A DNA stretch of 64,000 bases from Selaginella moellendorffii. Its lineage: Eukaryota; Plantae; Lycopodiophyta. Within the stretch, counting starts at the first letter, position 1; each line of letters opens with the position of its first letter. Below the pieces are notes generated by a model. The model worked only from the letters and a program-made list of their open reading frames with translations. It searched no databases and was not told the DNA's origin. This document shows, one piece after another, positions 1 to 13,039 of the stretch. The stretch lies in NCBI RefSeq assembly GCF_000143415.4, contig NW_003314347.1, positions 1 to 64,000 on the forward strand. Reading direction: 5' to 3'. The translations under genes were made by a program, and so were the position numbers.

Positions 1-77
1 ATATAATGCCGTATATTAATATTAGAGTAATGAGATTTTGATAACTGTTGAATTGGTTTGATAACTGTTGAATTGGT

Positions 78-82
78 ATACA

Positions 83-119
<37 letters not shown>

Positions 120-299
120 TTACATATATATATATATACATACAGATATATATATATATACATATATATACATATATATATATATACATATATATATACA
201 TATATATACATATATATACATACATATACATATATACATACATATACATACATATACATACATATACATATACATACATATACATATACATACATATAC

Positions 300-330
<31 letters not shown>

Positions 331-619
331 CATATACATATACATATACATATACACATATATACACATACACATATACACATATACATATACATATACA
401 CATACACATATACACATACACATACACATATACACACACATACACATACACATTCATACATACACATATACATATACATATACACATACACATACACATA
501 TACACATACACATACACACACATATACATATACACATACACATACACATATACACATACACATATACATATACACATACACATACACATATACACATACA
601 CATATACATATACACATAT

Positions 620-684
<65 letters not shown>

Positions 685-704
685 TATACATATATATACA
701 TACA
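78..704. repeat. Compound (TA)n/(TACA)n/(TACACA)n microsatellite embedded in LTR-like sequence
   Basis: Directly visible ~625-bp low-complexity run; the overlapping ORFs are artefacts. Confidence 0.97.
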
Positions 705-852
705 TAAACTTAATTGTAGTGTTATTACTTTTTATTTATATTGTAATTGAATATTTATATTTATAAATACAAGATTAATCTTATTACCATTAGATGGTAT
801 AATAAACAAGAATATACTAGAAATCGTTTAGGAAAGTTTATAAATTATAAAC

Positions 853-1020
853 TGTAAGGTCCAAGAGTACGGATATAATGCCGTATATTAATATTAGAGT
901 AATGAGATTTTGATAACTGTTGAATTGGTTTCAATCTAAACCACTTGCTCCTATATATAAACTAGGATTTTAAGCTAATGATATATACACATTTTTATAT
1001 TTCATTTTTATATTCACACA
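853..1020 (+). mobile_element. LTR-like unit of an AT-rich gypsy family ('family C')
   Basis: TG...CA unit (tgtaaggtccaag...tattcacaca); homologous units at 1-77, ~19107-19260, ~38440-38595, 60673-60840 and inverted at ~61500-61680. Confidence 0.6.
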
Positions 1021-1346
1021 CTCATATTGGTGGAAGTGAGGGGCAAGTTTGATTGTCCTTAAGGAATAGTTTTAATTGTTCCTGAAGAATATTTGGATTT
1101 GGGATTTTGGTTTAAATTTAATTTTTGTATCATCTAAATCTCACTTTCTTTATAGCTTTTTTAATTTCTTCTCTTTCACTTTTCCTTTTCATTCATTTTC
1201 ATGGTAGAGTAATAGCTTGCTCCTTTGACTTTAGAGTAGTAGTTGGTGTAGTTGTTCAATGCTATGTGGTTGCAATTGAATAATTAAACTCAACTCCGTT
1301 GTTAGTATCAGATGATGATCATATAAGAGTTTATATGGTGAAACAC

Positions 1347-3146
1347 TGTAAGCAACTAATTTTTCCATTCTACTTTAGTCACTTAACTATACCTCCGACC
1401 ACTTGAAGAAGTCTCATTCACAACCTCTATAAGTCCACTTCCAGACTTGGGGCTTGCTCGCCCTGAGAAAGGCATCTATGCCCCTTAACCTTTGCACTTG
1501 GTCCAAGTGCTTCATGTGTTTAATCCCATAATCGACACCCCAAGGTACTACCAACATACTAGCCCATTATGCTAGGCCATGCCCATTCACCTTGGTCACA
1601 TCAGTGGTCCAACACCACATGCATTACAATCCCGTCTCTCCAAGCCTGGGCCATCTGTCCATGAATGGTCATCCCAGATCCACTCCTTAACATCCTTAGA
1701 ATGCCTGCAGACATAGGGATTAGCTTTCCCCAATATCCCTTTTCTAGTCCCCACTAAGTCCCTTTTTCGTCTTTAGCCATGTTTGCCAACATTACTACTG
1801 GATCAAGGCCCACAAGCTTGACCACTAAGTCCCATGGTCCTCTGGGACTTCCTCCTCACATGACCGTATCATTGGTCTCTACACTAGAGGTCTACTCCTC
1901 TTCCTTTTCACAGTCTGGGACTTTGGGGTGACATTTTGGAACACCATGGCCTTATTGGAGCCTCGTGGGTACTCTCCCTACCTTCCGCTTTTAGGTGCTC
2001 TAGCCTTGGGCTTAGAGTGAGGTTCCGTTGAGCCACACCAGGTATCCAAGTAGGTAGTGCCACCCACACTTGGACTGGGAGCATCGACCATTCGATCTCT
2101 TAGGGGAACTAGAGTCGGCTCTTGAACACTTCACCAAGTTACCCTGTTTGTTGATTCATATTCACTCTAGTCTTGGACTTCCCAGTGGTCAGATCATTAC
2201 CCAACATTGGGTCTGGCCTTCCTGGGCCAAACTAGCCTTTCCTAGCCAAACTGGCTCCACTGAAGTCCTCCCCTTACTATACTTTTGGAGCTCACTAAAC
2301 CCCCTAGGGTCTGGAAGACGAACGCTTTGGGATTTCACCCTCTCAGACTCGAACTCAGACTCGGACTTGGACTCGGACTCAGACTTGGACTTGGGCTCGG
2401 TCTCAGCCTTGGTCTTGGTCTTGGTCCCGGTCTCAGTCTCGGTCTTGGTCCCGGTCTTGGTCTCGGTCCCAGTCTCGATCTCGACTTCAGACTCCACCTT
2501 AGGTCCTTCTTGGACTCCATTTCAAATTCCATCTCAGACTCCATCTTGGAATCCATCTCAGGTCCATCTCGGACTCCATCTCGAACTCCATCTCAGGTCC
2601 ATCTCGGACTCCATCTCGAACTCCATCTCAGGTCCATCTCGGACTCCATCTCGAACTCCATCTCAGGTCCATCTCGGACTCCATCTCGAACTCCATCTCA
2701 GGTCCATCTCGGACTCCATCTCGAACTCCATCTCAGGTCCATCTCGGACTCCATCTCGAACTCCATCTCAGGTCCATCTCGGACTCCATCTCGGACTCCA
2801 TCTCAGGTCCATCTCAGACTTCATCTTGGTCCATCTCGGACTCCATCTCGGGTGTATCTCGGACTCCATCTCGGACTCCATCTTGGGTCCATCTCAGACT
2901 CCATCTCGGGTCCATCTCGGACTCCATTTTGGACTCCATCTCGGGTCCATCTCAGACTCCTTTTCTAGAGACTCACTTATTGCTTGCTTCGTCAAACATG
3001 TCGTTGGAAGTTCCATTCCCGCTCTCGACCTCTCAAGTCGGAGCTTTTAGTCCAAACGTGTTACGTTCGTTTAGCTTTTGCTTTGGCCACTACCACGTGG
3101 CACCCTTTTGGCTCCACTTTGGGGCCTAAGGATTTTGTGTTTCACA
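1347..3146 (-). repeat. 3' LTR of outer family-A element (1.8 kb)
   Basis: tgtaag...tgtgtttcaca; highly similar to 15670-17347; PPT adjacent. Confidence 0.9.
2343..2960. repeat. LTR-internal minisatellite: (CTCGGA/CTCGGT) hexamers followed by 11/12-mers CTCGGACTCCAT/CTCAGGTCCAT with a 35-bp higher-order unit
   Basis: Directly visible; equivalent arrays at ~6750-7115, ~12365-12810 and ~16658-17160. Confidence 0.95.
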
Positions 3147-4029
3147 ACTCCACCACCCATAGACGAAGTTCGATGTCCTCATCAAATAGTAAACCATTTT
3201 TATAAAGTAACACCAACATGTATTACCCTTTCTATCCTTAACACCTAGCCAATATTCGTCAATGGTATGACACTGAAGGCTCACCATGCCTTCTTCATCC
3301 TCTAAGGCGCATAGCCTCTCTGACATAGAGACTCAATCAACCACCTATAGTGGTTCTTTCCTTTTCATTGGTTTAGTTCTTGCTTAACTTGTTAGAGGCA
3401 CCTCCTTTATCTCAATCTTGCTACTCATTCTTAAGTAGCCTTAGTTCCCATTTATATAAACTTGCACTCTGGAACTTTTAAATTTGACTTGTCAAAGTCA
3501 ATTTCCTAAGTGTCTCCGACACTTTGCATTGCACATATTGTGCAACTCCACTTCCCATCTTTGGAAGTTCTCTATTTGAGGGCACCATCATCCTTTTTCC
3601 CATTTTGTGCAACCTTTGGCACTAAATTCTAGTTATCCTAATTTGTGCTAGGGTTGTCCACGTCCCTATCATTTGGCTACTTTACCGCTCCCTGCCTTTA
3701 GAGCTTTCACTTTCGCCAAATCAGAGCAATTGAGAATCCAATTTTGGAAACACATTGTTTTTTCCACAATCTGTTAGCATCCAACACATTAGTGTTCTTG
3801 GCCTAACTTTGTGTTTTGGATTCTTTCTTATAATTCCTATGGCTCTTTTCTTAGCCACTAGTCTTTTGCTCCTATCTTTGATTGTTGCACCTAGCAACAT
3901 CGAATCACTACCTCTATTCTTGAGATATCCTTTTGGTTCCATAACAAAGACATTGCCTTGCCAAGTCTAGAGGGTGTTCACCCCTAGTACATTTCTTTAG
4001 GATTTTCTACTGTGGGCTCTATCCCTGAC

Positions 4030-5175
4030 TGTCGCGAATGTGACTTCAGGTATCGAAAGTTACCTGTTGGCTAGTCCTTACGGACACTCTTACCTTACTG
4101 CCACGATGGTAGGAGGTCGGTATTGCTGGACCCGTTATCAGTTTCCCACTTGAGCTAGTTGAGAAACTGGTCAATGACCATGAACTTAGATTGGATAAAC
4201 ATAAGGTAGGAACCCTATGTGTTTCTTGCTGAGCATACTCGGCCTGGTTTGAGAAACTTGAGTCATTGGCTTGCACTTGCTAGTATCAAGAACCCCCGCG
4301 ATATTGAGATTGGTCCCTCAATATCGCTAGATGATAGCTTACCGTGTCTGCCAAACACCCTCGCTATCATGCCCTTTGTGTTAGTCTTATTTTGGTCCTA
4401 AATGCTATTTATGGAAAGTGTCCAGATTTGCTCATTTGGCATATCTGCGGAATGTAGAGATTGTCCTGAACACAATGGTGTTCGTCCCGTGCCCAAATTC
4501 GCAATCTAGGGACATTCCATATTTAGTAAGTTTCGAGCTTGTCCCAGAGACTAACTCCTGATACTAAGGGAGGCTTGGGGTGAAAGCCCAAAGCGTGTGG
4601 TCCTCAAGGGGGGGGGGGCTGTGGGGGGTTCCAAATGTATAGTAGGGATAGTGGGTAGGTCGGGCATGGCCGACCAACCTGAGGCATAGTCTAGCTCCCG
4701 CTTGCGTGCCTGTCCTTGTTCTGCGTCCGGCTTGGGTTTAAGCCCAAGTTCCATTCCATGCTAGCTGGTGGAGTACCCATGTTCTCGCGTTAGGCCACCG
4801 GTATGCTGAAATAGCGCCAAACTCCGTTTGGCTCCGTTTTGCGTCCTGGTCCTGGCATTGGGATGCTGGTTACTCTAGGACTGTTCCAAGTCGCTCCGGG
4901 CTCCTGTCCCTTCGCTCCTTGGGCTTTATGATCGGGAGTTGCTCCGTGGTTCGGTTCCGTCACTCCTTGGCTCCATGCTTGGGAGTTTGGCACCGTTCCT
5001 TCGTTCAGTGGCCCAAGGCCCTGAACTTTGGGTTCCTATGGACACGTGGCATGGACATGTGGCATGTGACACGTGGCATCTGTCACGTGGCACAAAGAGG
5101 GTTTAGGTTCCGCTTCGTGGTGTTATCCTATGGTAAATCACCATAGGATAAAGGGTCAAAACCACGTGCGCTACA
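4030..5175 (+). mobile_element. Solo LTR ('family B')
   Basis: tgtcgcgaatg...gtgcgctaca with TSD CTGAC (4025-4029, 5176-5180); same family as LTR 55327-56323. Confidence 0.9.
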
Positions 5176-5739
5176 CTGACCCAACTTTGTGACCCTCCCA
5201 TGGATCTCTTATAGAGGCTACTTTCTTCGGACTCACTATGCTATCGCATAGTCACAAATCATTTCCCTTAGGTGTTCTTCCCACATGGTCACCTTGATTA
5301 AGCCATACCATCATCAATAGTTCAAACTAACACTTTGAACTAGGAACTTTATCCTTTAACCTCACAAGGACTTTGTCCTTGTTTTTAGCCATAAGATCAC
5401 CTAATGATCACATTTTGGCACTTTAATAGGTTTGCCAATAGGTATTAAGTCTTATAGACCTTTAAGTTGTTCACTATGACCCCGGGGGCATCCCCCACAC
5501 TTAACGGTGCACCCAAGCCAGCCTTTACGGCCAAGGGTCCATAGCAACTGAGATTAGGTGTCCCCATCTCACTCACCACGTCCTTGGTGCCACTCGTACC
5601 AAGTGTTCAAGTTAGATATGCCGAGCCATACTAAGCAATCTAACCGTGCATCACGACTCCAAAGCATCCCTCGCTTGGCAGTGTGTCTAAACCAGTTTCC
5701 TCACTGAGAGTCCATGACCACCAAAAAATAAGTGTCCTC

Positions 5740-8700
5740 TGTAAGAGACTAAATTTTCCATTTTACTTTAGTCACTTAACTGCACCTCCGACCACTTGGA
5801 AGAGTCTCATTCACAACCTCCATAAGTCCCAGTTAGGACTTGGGGCTTGCCAGCCCTGAGAATGGCATCCATGCCACTCAACCTTTGCACTTGGTCCAAG
5901 TGCTCCATGTGTCCGATCCCATGACTGACACCCCAAGATACCACCGACATACTAGCCCGTTACGCTAGGCCATGCCCATTCACCTTGGTCACACCGGTGG
6001 TCTAACGCCACCTGCATCATAATCCCGTCTCTCAAAGACTGGGCCGTCCATCCATGAGCGATCATCCCAGATCTACTCCTTAGCATCCTTAGGATGCCCG
6101 CAGACATGGGGAATAGCCTTCCCCGACAACTCTTTTCCAGTCCCCACCAAGTCCCTTTTAGTCTATGGCCGTGTTCGCCAACACTGCCACTGGATCAACG
6201 CAGGTCTGACCGCTAAGCCCCACTATCCTTTGGGACTTCCTCACCATGTGACCGTATCCTTGGTCACTACATCAGAGGCCTACTCCTCTTCCCTTTCACC
6301 GTTTGGGACTTTGGGACAACATTTTGGAACACCGTGGCCTTACGCAAGCCTCATGGGTACTCTCCCCACCTTTCGCCTTTAGGTTCTCTAGCCATGGGCT
6401 TAGAGCGAGGTTCCGTTGAGCCACGACAGGTATCCAAGTAGGTAGTGCCACCCACACTTGGACTGGGAGCATCGGCCAGTCGATCTCCCAGGGGAATTAG
6501 AGCCGGCTCTTGAACACTTCACCAAGCTACCCCGCTTGTCGGTCCGTGTTCACTCTAGTCTTGGACTTCCCAGTGGGCAGCTCATCACCCAACACTAGGT
6601 CCGGCCTTCCTGGGCCAAGCTGGCCTTTCCTGGCCAAACTGGCCTTTCCTGGCCAAACTGGCTCCACTGCAGTCCTCCCCCTACTATACTTTTGGAGCTC
6701 ACCAAACCCCCCAGGGTCTGGGAGACGAATGCTTTGGGCTTTCACCCTCTCAGACTCGAACTCGGACTCGGACTCGGACTCAGACTCGAACTCGGACTCG
6801 GACTCGGGCTCGGCCTCGGTCTCAGTCTCGGCCTCGGTCTTGGTCTCGGTCCCGATCTCGGTCTCGGTCCCGGTCTTGGTTCCGGTCTCGGTCTCGACTT
6901 CGGACTCCATCCCGGGTCCATCTCGGACTCCATCTCGGGTCCATCTCGGGTCCATCTCAGACTCCATTTCGGGTCCATCTCGGACTCCATCTCGGGGTCC
7001 TTCTCGGACTCCACTTCGGACTCCAATTCGGACTCCAACTCGGGTCCATCTCGGGGTCCTTCTCAGACTCTACTTCGGACTCCACTTCGGACTCCAACTC
7101 GGGTCCATCTCGGACACTTCCACGTGTCATGTGTTAGTCCTTTCTGGGTCCCTTTTTGGAGCCTCGCTTATAGCTCGCTTCGTGCTCATTCCTCAAGTAC
7201 TTTGTTAGGGGTTCCACTCCCGCTCTCGACCTTTCAAGGCGGAGCTTTTAGTCCAAATGTGTTACGCTCGTTTGGCTTTCACTTCGGCCACTACCACGTG
7301 GCGCCCCTCCGGCTCTACTTTGGGGCCTAGGGATTTTGTGTCTCACAACTCCACCACCCATAGACGAAGTTCGATGTCCTCATCGAACGGTAAACCCTTT
7401 CATAAAGTAACACCCGCATGTGTTACCATTTCCATCCTTGGCACCCAGTCAATATCTGTCTATGGTTTGACACCAAAGGCTCACCATGCCTTGTCCATCC
7501 TCTAAGGAGCATAGCCTCTCCAACTTAGAAGCTCATTTGACCACTTGTGGTGGTTCTCTCCTTTTATTGGTTTAGTTTTCATTAAACCTGTTAGAGACAC
7601 CTTCTCTAACTCGATCCCACTACAAGTGGTCTCACTTTCCAGCGCTATAACCCTTGCACTTTGGAACTTTTAATTCTGACTTCTCAAAGTCAATTTCCTA
7701 GGTGTCTCCGACACCTTGCATTGCACATATTGTGCAACTCCACTTCCTCATCCTAGGAAATTCTCCACTTGAGGGCACCATCATCCTCTGTTCAATTTCA
7801 TGCCACCTTTAGGCACTGAGTTCCAGTTATCATATTGTGTGCTAGGGCTGTCCATGGCCCTATCTTTTGGCTACTTTGCCACTCCCTCACCGTGAGCTTT
7901 TACTTCGCCAAATTGGAGCACTTAGGAATCCCTCCTTGGAAGTCCTCTTCCTTTCCCACAAGCCGTTAGCATCAAACACATTAGTGTTCCTTGGCTAACT
8001 TTGCCATTTGGATCCCTTCCATTAAATTCCATGGCCCAAACTTGGCCACTAGTCCTTTGCTCCTATCCTTGATTGTTGCACCCAGCAACATAGGATCGTT
8101 ACCTCCATTTTTGAGGTATCCTTTCGGTTCCATAGCAAAGACTCTTCTTTGCCAAGTCCGGAGGATGTTCATCCCTGGTACGTCTCTTTAGCATCTTCTG
8201 CTATGGGCTCTATCCATGGCCCAACTTCGTGACCCTCCCATGGGTCTCTTATAGAGACTACTTTCCTTGGACTCACTATGCCATTGCACGGACATAGTTT
8301 ATTTCCCTTAGGTGCTCTTCCCACTTGGTCATCATGACCAAGCCACACCACTTTAAAGAGTTCAATTTCAACATTTTGAACCAGGAACTTCATTCCTTAG
8401 CCAACCAAGGACCTTGTCCTTATTTGGCCATACGATCACCTAGTGATCTCACCTTGGCACCTTAACAGAATTGCCAAAAGGTACTTGGTCTTCTAGACCT
8501 TCAAATTGTTGACTATAACCCTGGGGGCATCCCCCACACTTGGCGGTGCACCCAAGCCAACCCTTACAGCCAAGGGTTCATAGCAACTAAGATTAGGTGT
8601 CCCCATCGCACTCACCACGTCCTTGGTGCCACTTGCACCAATGCGTTCAAGTTAGATATGCCGAGCTTTCACACTAAGCAATCTAACTATGCATCACGAC

Positions 8701-11700
8701 TCCGAGGCATCCCTCGCTTGGCGGTGTGCCCAAACCAGTCTCCACACTGAGAGTCCATGACCACCGAAACATGAGTGTCCTCATATTCCAAACCATCACC
8801 ACGCCCTAGTGATTTGGGACTCGAACCCAAGCACTAGAGGGTCGGGACTCGAACCCAACCTCCGTATATGCATCTACGGATGGCATCACCCAGGATGCCT
8901 GGCGTGACTCCCCACGCCGGTGCACCAACTTATACTCAAAGCGCGCTATAAATCACAACTTAGGAACCTAGTTCCTCCCCACTACCAAGTCCTCTCACTT
9001 GACAAGTCTGTGATCATGCATGGACTCTTCCATGCTTGGCCCCATGGCCCACCCTTTTTGAAGTTATCACCTTCAACTAGGGTATTTGTTCCCCTGACTT
9101 GCCAATCTTGCTTTGGCAAGTCCTCCGACCACTGTAACATGGTTCTTGCACAAGCGTGAAAGCCCTTGATCATCGACTTTCGTTCAAAGCCCTCTCTTTG
9201 AACATTCGGGAACTACTTCCCTAACCTTGATAGCCTTGCCTCATGGCAAGCTTCAAGACCACGCTTCTGCTGCGCCACTCTGATTTCGCGCGTTCCTTGA
9301 ACCATTTACGCTTGGCCTTTCTAGGTACTAAGCTGCCTAGAATCCTCTTTGGGAACCTTGAAGGAACTCTGTCCCTTAGCTTGCTAAGGCCTCCCTTTTT
9401 GCAAGCTTTCCAATTACCATATAGTCTAACATGGACAATTCCATATTTTAGACTCTCCATGGCATCACGATTGCTAACGGCAACACCCTCGAGCCCCCAC
9501 TTGATTCTCCACTCCCAACTGGCATAACCAACCTTGGTTATGCCCTTCGATTCCTATAGTTCGGTTCCATCCCCTTACTTTTTGCTTTTGGCATCACACC
9601 TTTCCTTCGGTCATTCTCCTCCAAACCAGGAGGATAGCTTTGCACTTTCTATCATGCCTTAGCAAGTATTCTTAGGGATGAACCTACCCGATAGCCTAGG
9701 GAGTGGTTCTTCAATCCAGGTATGCTCACCCTATAATCCCACCCACCGGGATTACGTTGTTGCTTACGGGCCTTTGCATGCCCATTGCTAGCCTTGCCAA
9801 AATTCCATTTTTGGCTTTGTCCAATTCGAGTAGACAGTTTTCTCCTGTCTCCGCCACCTTGGACATTTGGATAGCACTTACTATCCATCATTCGCTATGG
9901 ACTTAATCCCTTGGGCCTTATCTACTGCCCTCGCGACATCAAACACCACCTCTTGGTGTTCTAGAGTGTTTGGGTGTCCCAATGACGGCTTCCTTGACAA
10001 TGAGTATTTCCTTTTATGACATTGACTTACTATATCGCAACATAAACAACTTATCCCCCGTAAGGGTATATCCACTTCCCTATGCCATTAAAAATGCTTG
10101 GGTAGCTACCTTTTTGCTTAGTTGCCTCGTAATTGTCAAGTCCTACAACTCATTGCTGGTGCTTCCACACCTCCATCATTATCTGGGTCACCACACTCCA
10201 ATTGCATGCTTTGCAGCGTAGGCTATGCCATTCCCATTTCTGTTGGGATTCCTTTGGCAAGGGGTTCTCATGAACCCACCAACATAGCCTCAAGGTATTA
10301 CACCTTGGCACATTTAGTGTCTCCACACCATCAGCTCTGCGAGCCTACCTTTATGACACTTCTTCTTTGTGTCTAAGTCTTTGCCAAGACCAATACCACT
10401 TTTTCTCATGCCAACCATCCGTTAGCACTGCACCATAAGGGTCACACGCAACTTTGTGTTAAAGTTGTTTTCTTTTTGGGAACACCTTTCCCACGACTTT
10501 AGCATGGCACATTTTGCCATCGATGAGATACCCTCTGTTCTCATCCTTGAATCCTATGATCCCCCCCCATCCTTCGCGGGGTACAACACACCTTAGTCCA
10601 AATGCTTCCATCAGTCCTTTTAGGACTATCCCTTGACTCTACTTGAGTCATCCAGCAGTTTTGGACTTGGTTAATCCACAGACCTGTAAGGTCCCACTTG
10701 TGAGGCACTATCTCATTGGAATACACTTCTTGCATTCCTGTCCTACTTAGAAGGACTATATTCACAAATGTTACTCTGACACTTGTTTTTGTTCTTTGGG
10801 GGTAACCTTTGCCCCTTAGGACTACTTGTCCATGTGATGAGAATACCAACTCATCTCTAAGTACACCCCCCCAACTCCTTGGGTTGTTCCAGCATTTATT
10901 AAAGGTAGCCTCGGCTACTATTTCAAGGACTTGGGTCCTCTTCCATATTTGACCTCCCACGGTCATTACCTCTGGTCTCACATTCATAAGCACCAACCTC
11001 AACTATATGAGGATAATCTTGTGACTCCTTTATTGTTTTGGAGTCTACATCTTTCCCATGATCCCAACTATAGTTGTTTATCACAACTACGTTAGCCCGT
11101 TTGCTGTGTCAAACGCTCATTTGGATCACATCCTCAGCTCTCTGAGGAGACCTTATACTGTTCCCAAGATCCCAAAGTCGTTCCATTATTGGCCCTTTTC
11201 TATCCACCACGTTGTGCCCAAGTTCACGCATTAACTTGAGTGGAGAGCCATGTCCTCTCGACATGCTACTCCTCCAGGATAGGCCCACTCCTAGGACCTT
11301 CCGATGCCAACATCAATGGTGATATACTTGAGCACCAATAAAAGTCGGACTAAGGAACAGCTCCGATACCAAGATGTAAGAGACTAAATTTTCCATTTTA
11401 CTTTAGTCACTTAACTGCACCTCCGACCACTTGGAAGAGTCTCATTCACAACCTTCATAAGTCCCAGTTAGGACTTGGGGCTTGCCAGCCCTGAGAATGG
11501 CATCCATGCCACTCAACCTTTGCACTTGGTCCAAGTGCTCCATGTGTCCGATCCCATGACCGACACCCCAAGGTACCACCGACATACTAGCCCGTTACGC
11601 TAGGCCATGCCCATTCACTTTGGTCACACCGGTGGTCTAACGCCACCTGCATCATAATCCCGTCTCTCAAAGACTGGGCCGTCCATCCATGAGCGATCAT

Positions 11701-13039
11701 CCCAGATCTACTCCTTAGCATCCTTAGGATGCCCGCAGACATGGGGAATAGCCTTCCCCGACAACTCTTTTCCAGTCCCCACCAAGTCCCTTTTAGTCTA
11801 TGGCCGTGTTCGCCAACATTGCCACTGGATCAACGCAAGTCTGACCGTTAAGCCCCACTATCCTTTGGGACTTCCTCACCATGTGACCGTATCCTTGGTC
11901 ACTGCATCAGAGGCCTACTCCTCTTCCCTTTCACCGTTTGGGACTTTGGGACAACATTTTGGAACACCGTGGCCTTACGCAAGCCTCATGGGTACTCTCC
12001 CCGCCTTTCGCCTTTAGGTGCTCTAGCCATGGGCTTAGAGCGAGGTTCCGTTGAGCCACGACAAGTATCCAAGTAGGTAGTGCCACCCACACTTGGACTG
12101 GGAGCATCGGCCAGTCGATCTCCCAGGGGAACTAGAGCCGGCTCTTGAACACTTCACCAAGCTACCCCGCTTGTCGGTCCGTGTTCACTCTAGTCTTGGA
12201 CTTCCCAGTGGGCAGCTCATCACCCAACACTGGGTCCGGCCTTCCTGGGCCAAACTGGCCTTTCCTGGCCAAACTGGCTCCACTACAGTCCTCCCTCTAC
12301 TATACTTTTGGAGCTTACCAAACCCCCCAGGGTCTGGGAGACGAACGCTTTGGGCTTTCACCCTCTCAGACTCGAACTCGGACTCGGACTCAGACTCAGA
12401 CTCAGACTCGAACTTGGACTCGGACTCAAGCTCGGGCTCGGTCTCAGCCTCGGCCTCGGCCTCGGTCTTGGTCTCGGTCCCGATCTCGGTCTGGGTCTTG
12501 GTCCCGGTCTTGGTCTCGACTTCGGACTCCATCTTGGGTCCATCTCGGACTCCATCTCGGGTCCATCTCGGACTCCATCTCGGGTCCATCTCGGGTCCAT
12601 CTCAGACTCCATTTCGGGTCCATCTCGGACTCCATCTCGGGTCCATCTTAGGTCCCACCTCGGACTCCATCTCGGGGTCCTTCTCGGACTCCACTTCGGA
12701 CTCCAATTCGGACTCCAACTCGGGTCCATCTCGGGGTCCTTCTTGGACTCCACTTCGGACTCCACTTCAGACTCCACTTCGGACTCCAACTCAGGTCCAT
12801 CTCGGACACTTCCACGTGTCATGTGTTAGTCCTTTTTGGGTCCCTTTTTGGAGCCTCGCTTATAGCTCACTTCGTGTTCATTCCTCAAGTACTTTGTTAG
12901 GGGTTCCACTCCCGCTCTCGACCTTTCAAGGCGGAGCTTTTAGTCCAAACGTGTTACGCTCGTTTGGCTTTCACTTCGGCCACTACCACGTGGCGCCCCT
13001 CCGACTCTAGTTTGGGGCCTAGGGATTTTGTGTCTCACA
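5740..13039 (-). mobile_element. Inner family-A LTR retrotransposon nested in the outer copy
   Basis: Highly similar LTRs 5740-7347 and 11375-13039; TSD TCCTC (5735-5739, 13040-13044); PBS 11360-11371; PPT from 7348; ~4-kb internal region without long ORFs. Confidence 0.92.
11360..11371 (-). promoter_or_regulatory. Primer binding site (tRNA-iMet type)
   Basis: Minus strand TGGTATCGGAGC, 3 nt from the LTR end. Confidence 0.85.

Noticed and set aside
22-766. Long Y/I/H/T and M/C/V/Y ORFs
   Set aside because: Translations of a microsatellite
2070-3050. Ser/Pro/Leu-Gly-rich ORFs (also at 6510-7330, 12093-13010, 16537-17251)
   Set aside because: Stop-free frames of the LTR minisatellite; length and frame differ between LTR copies
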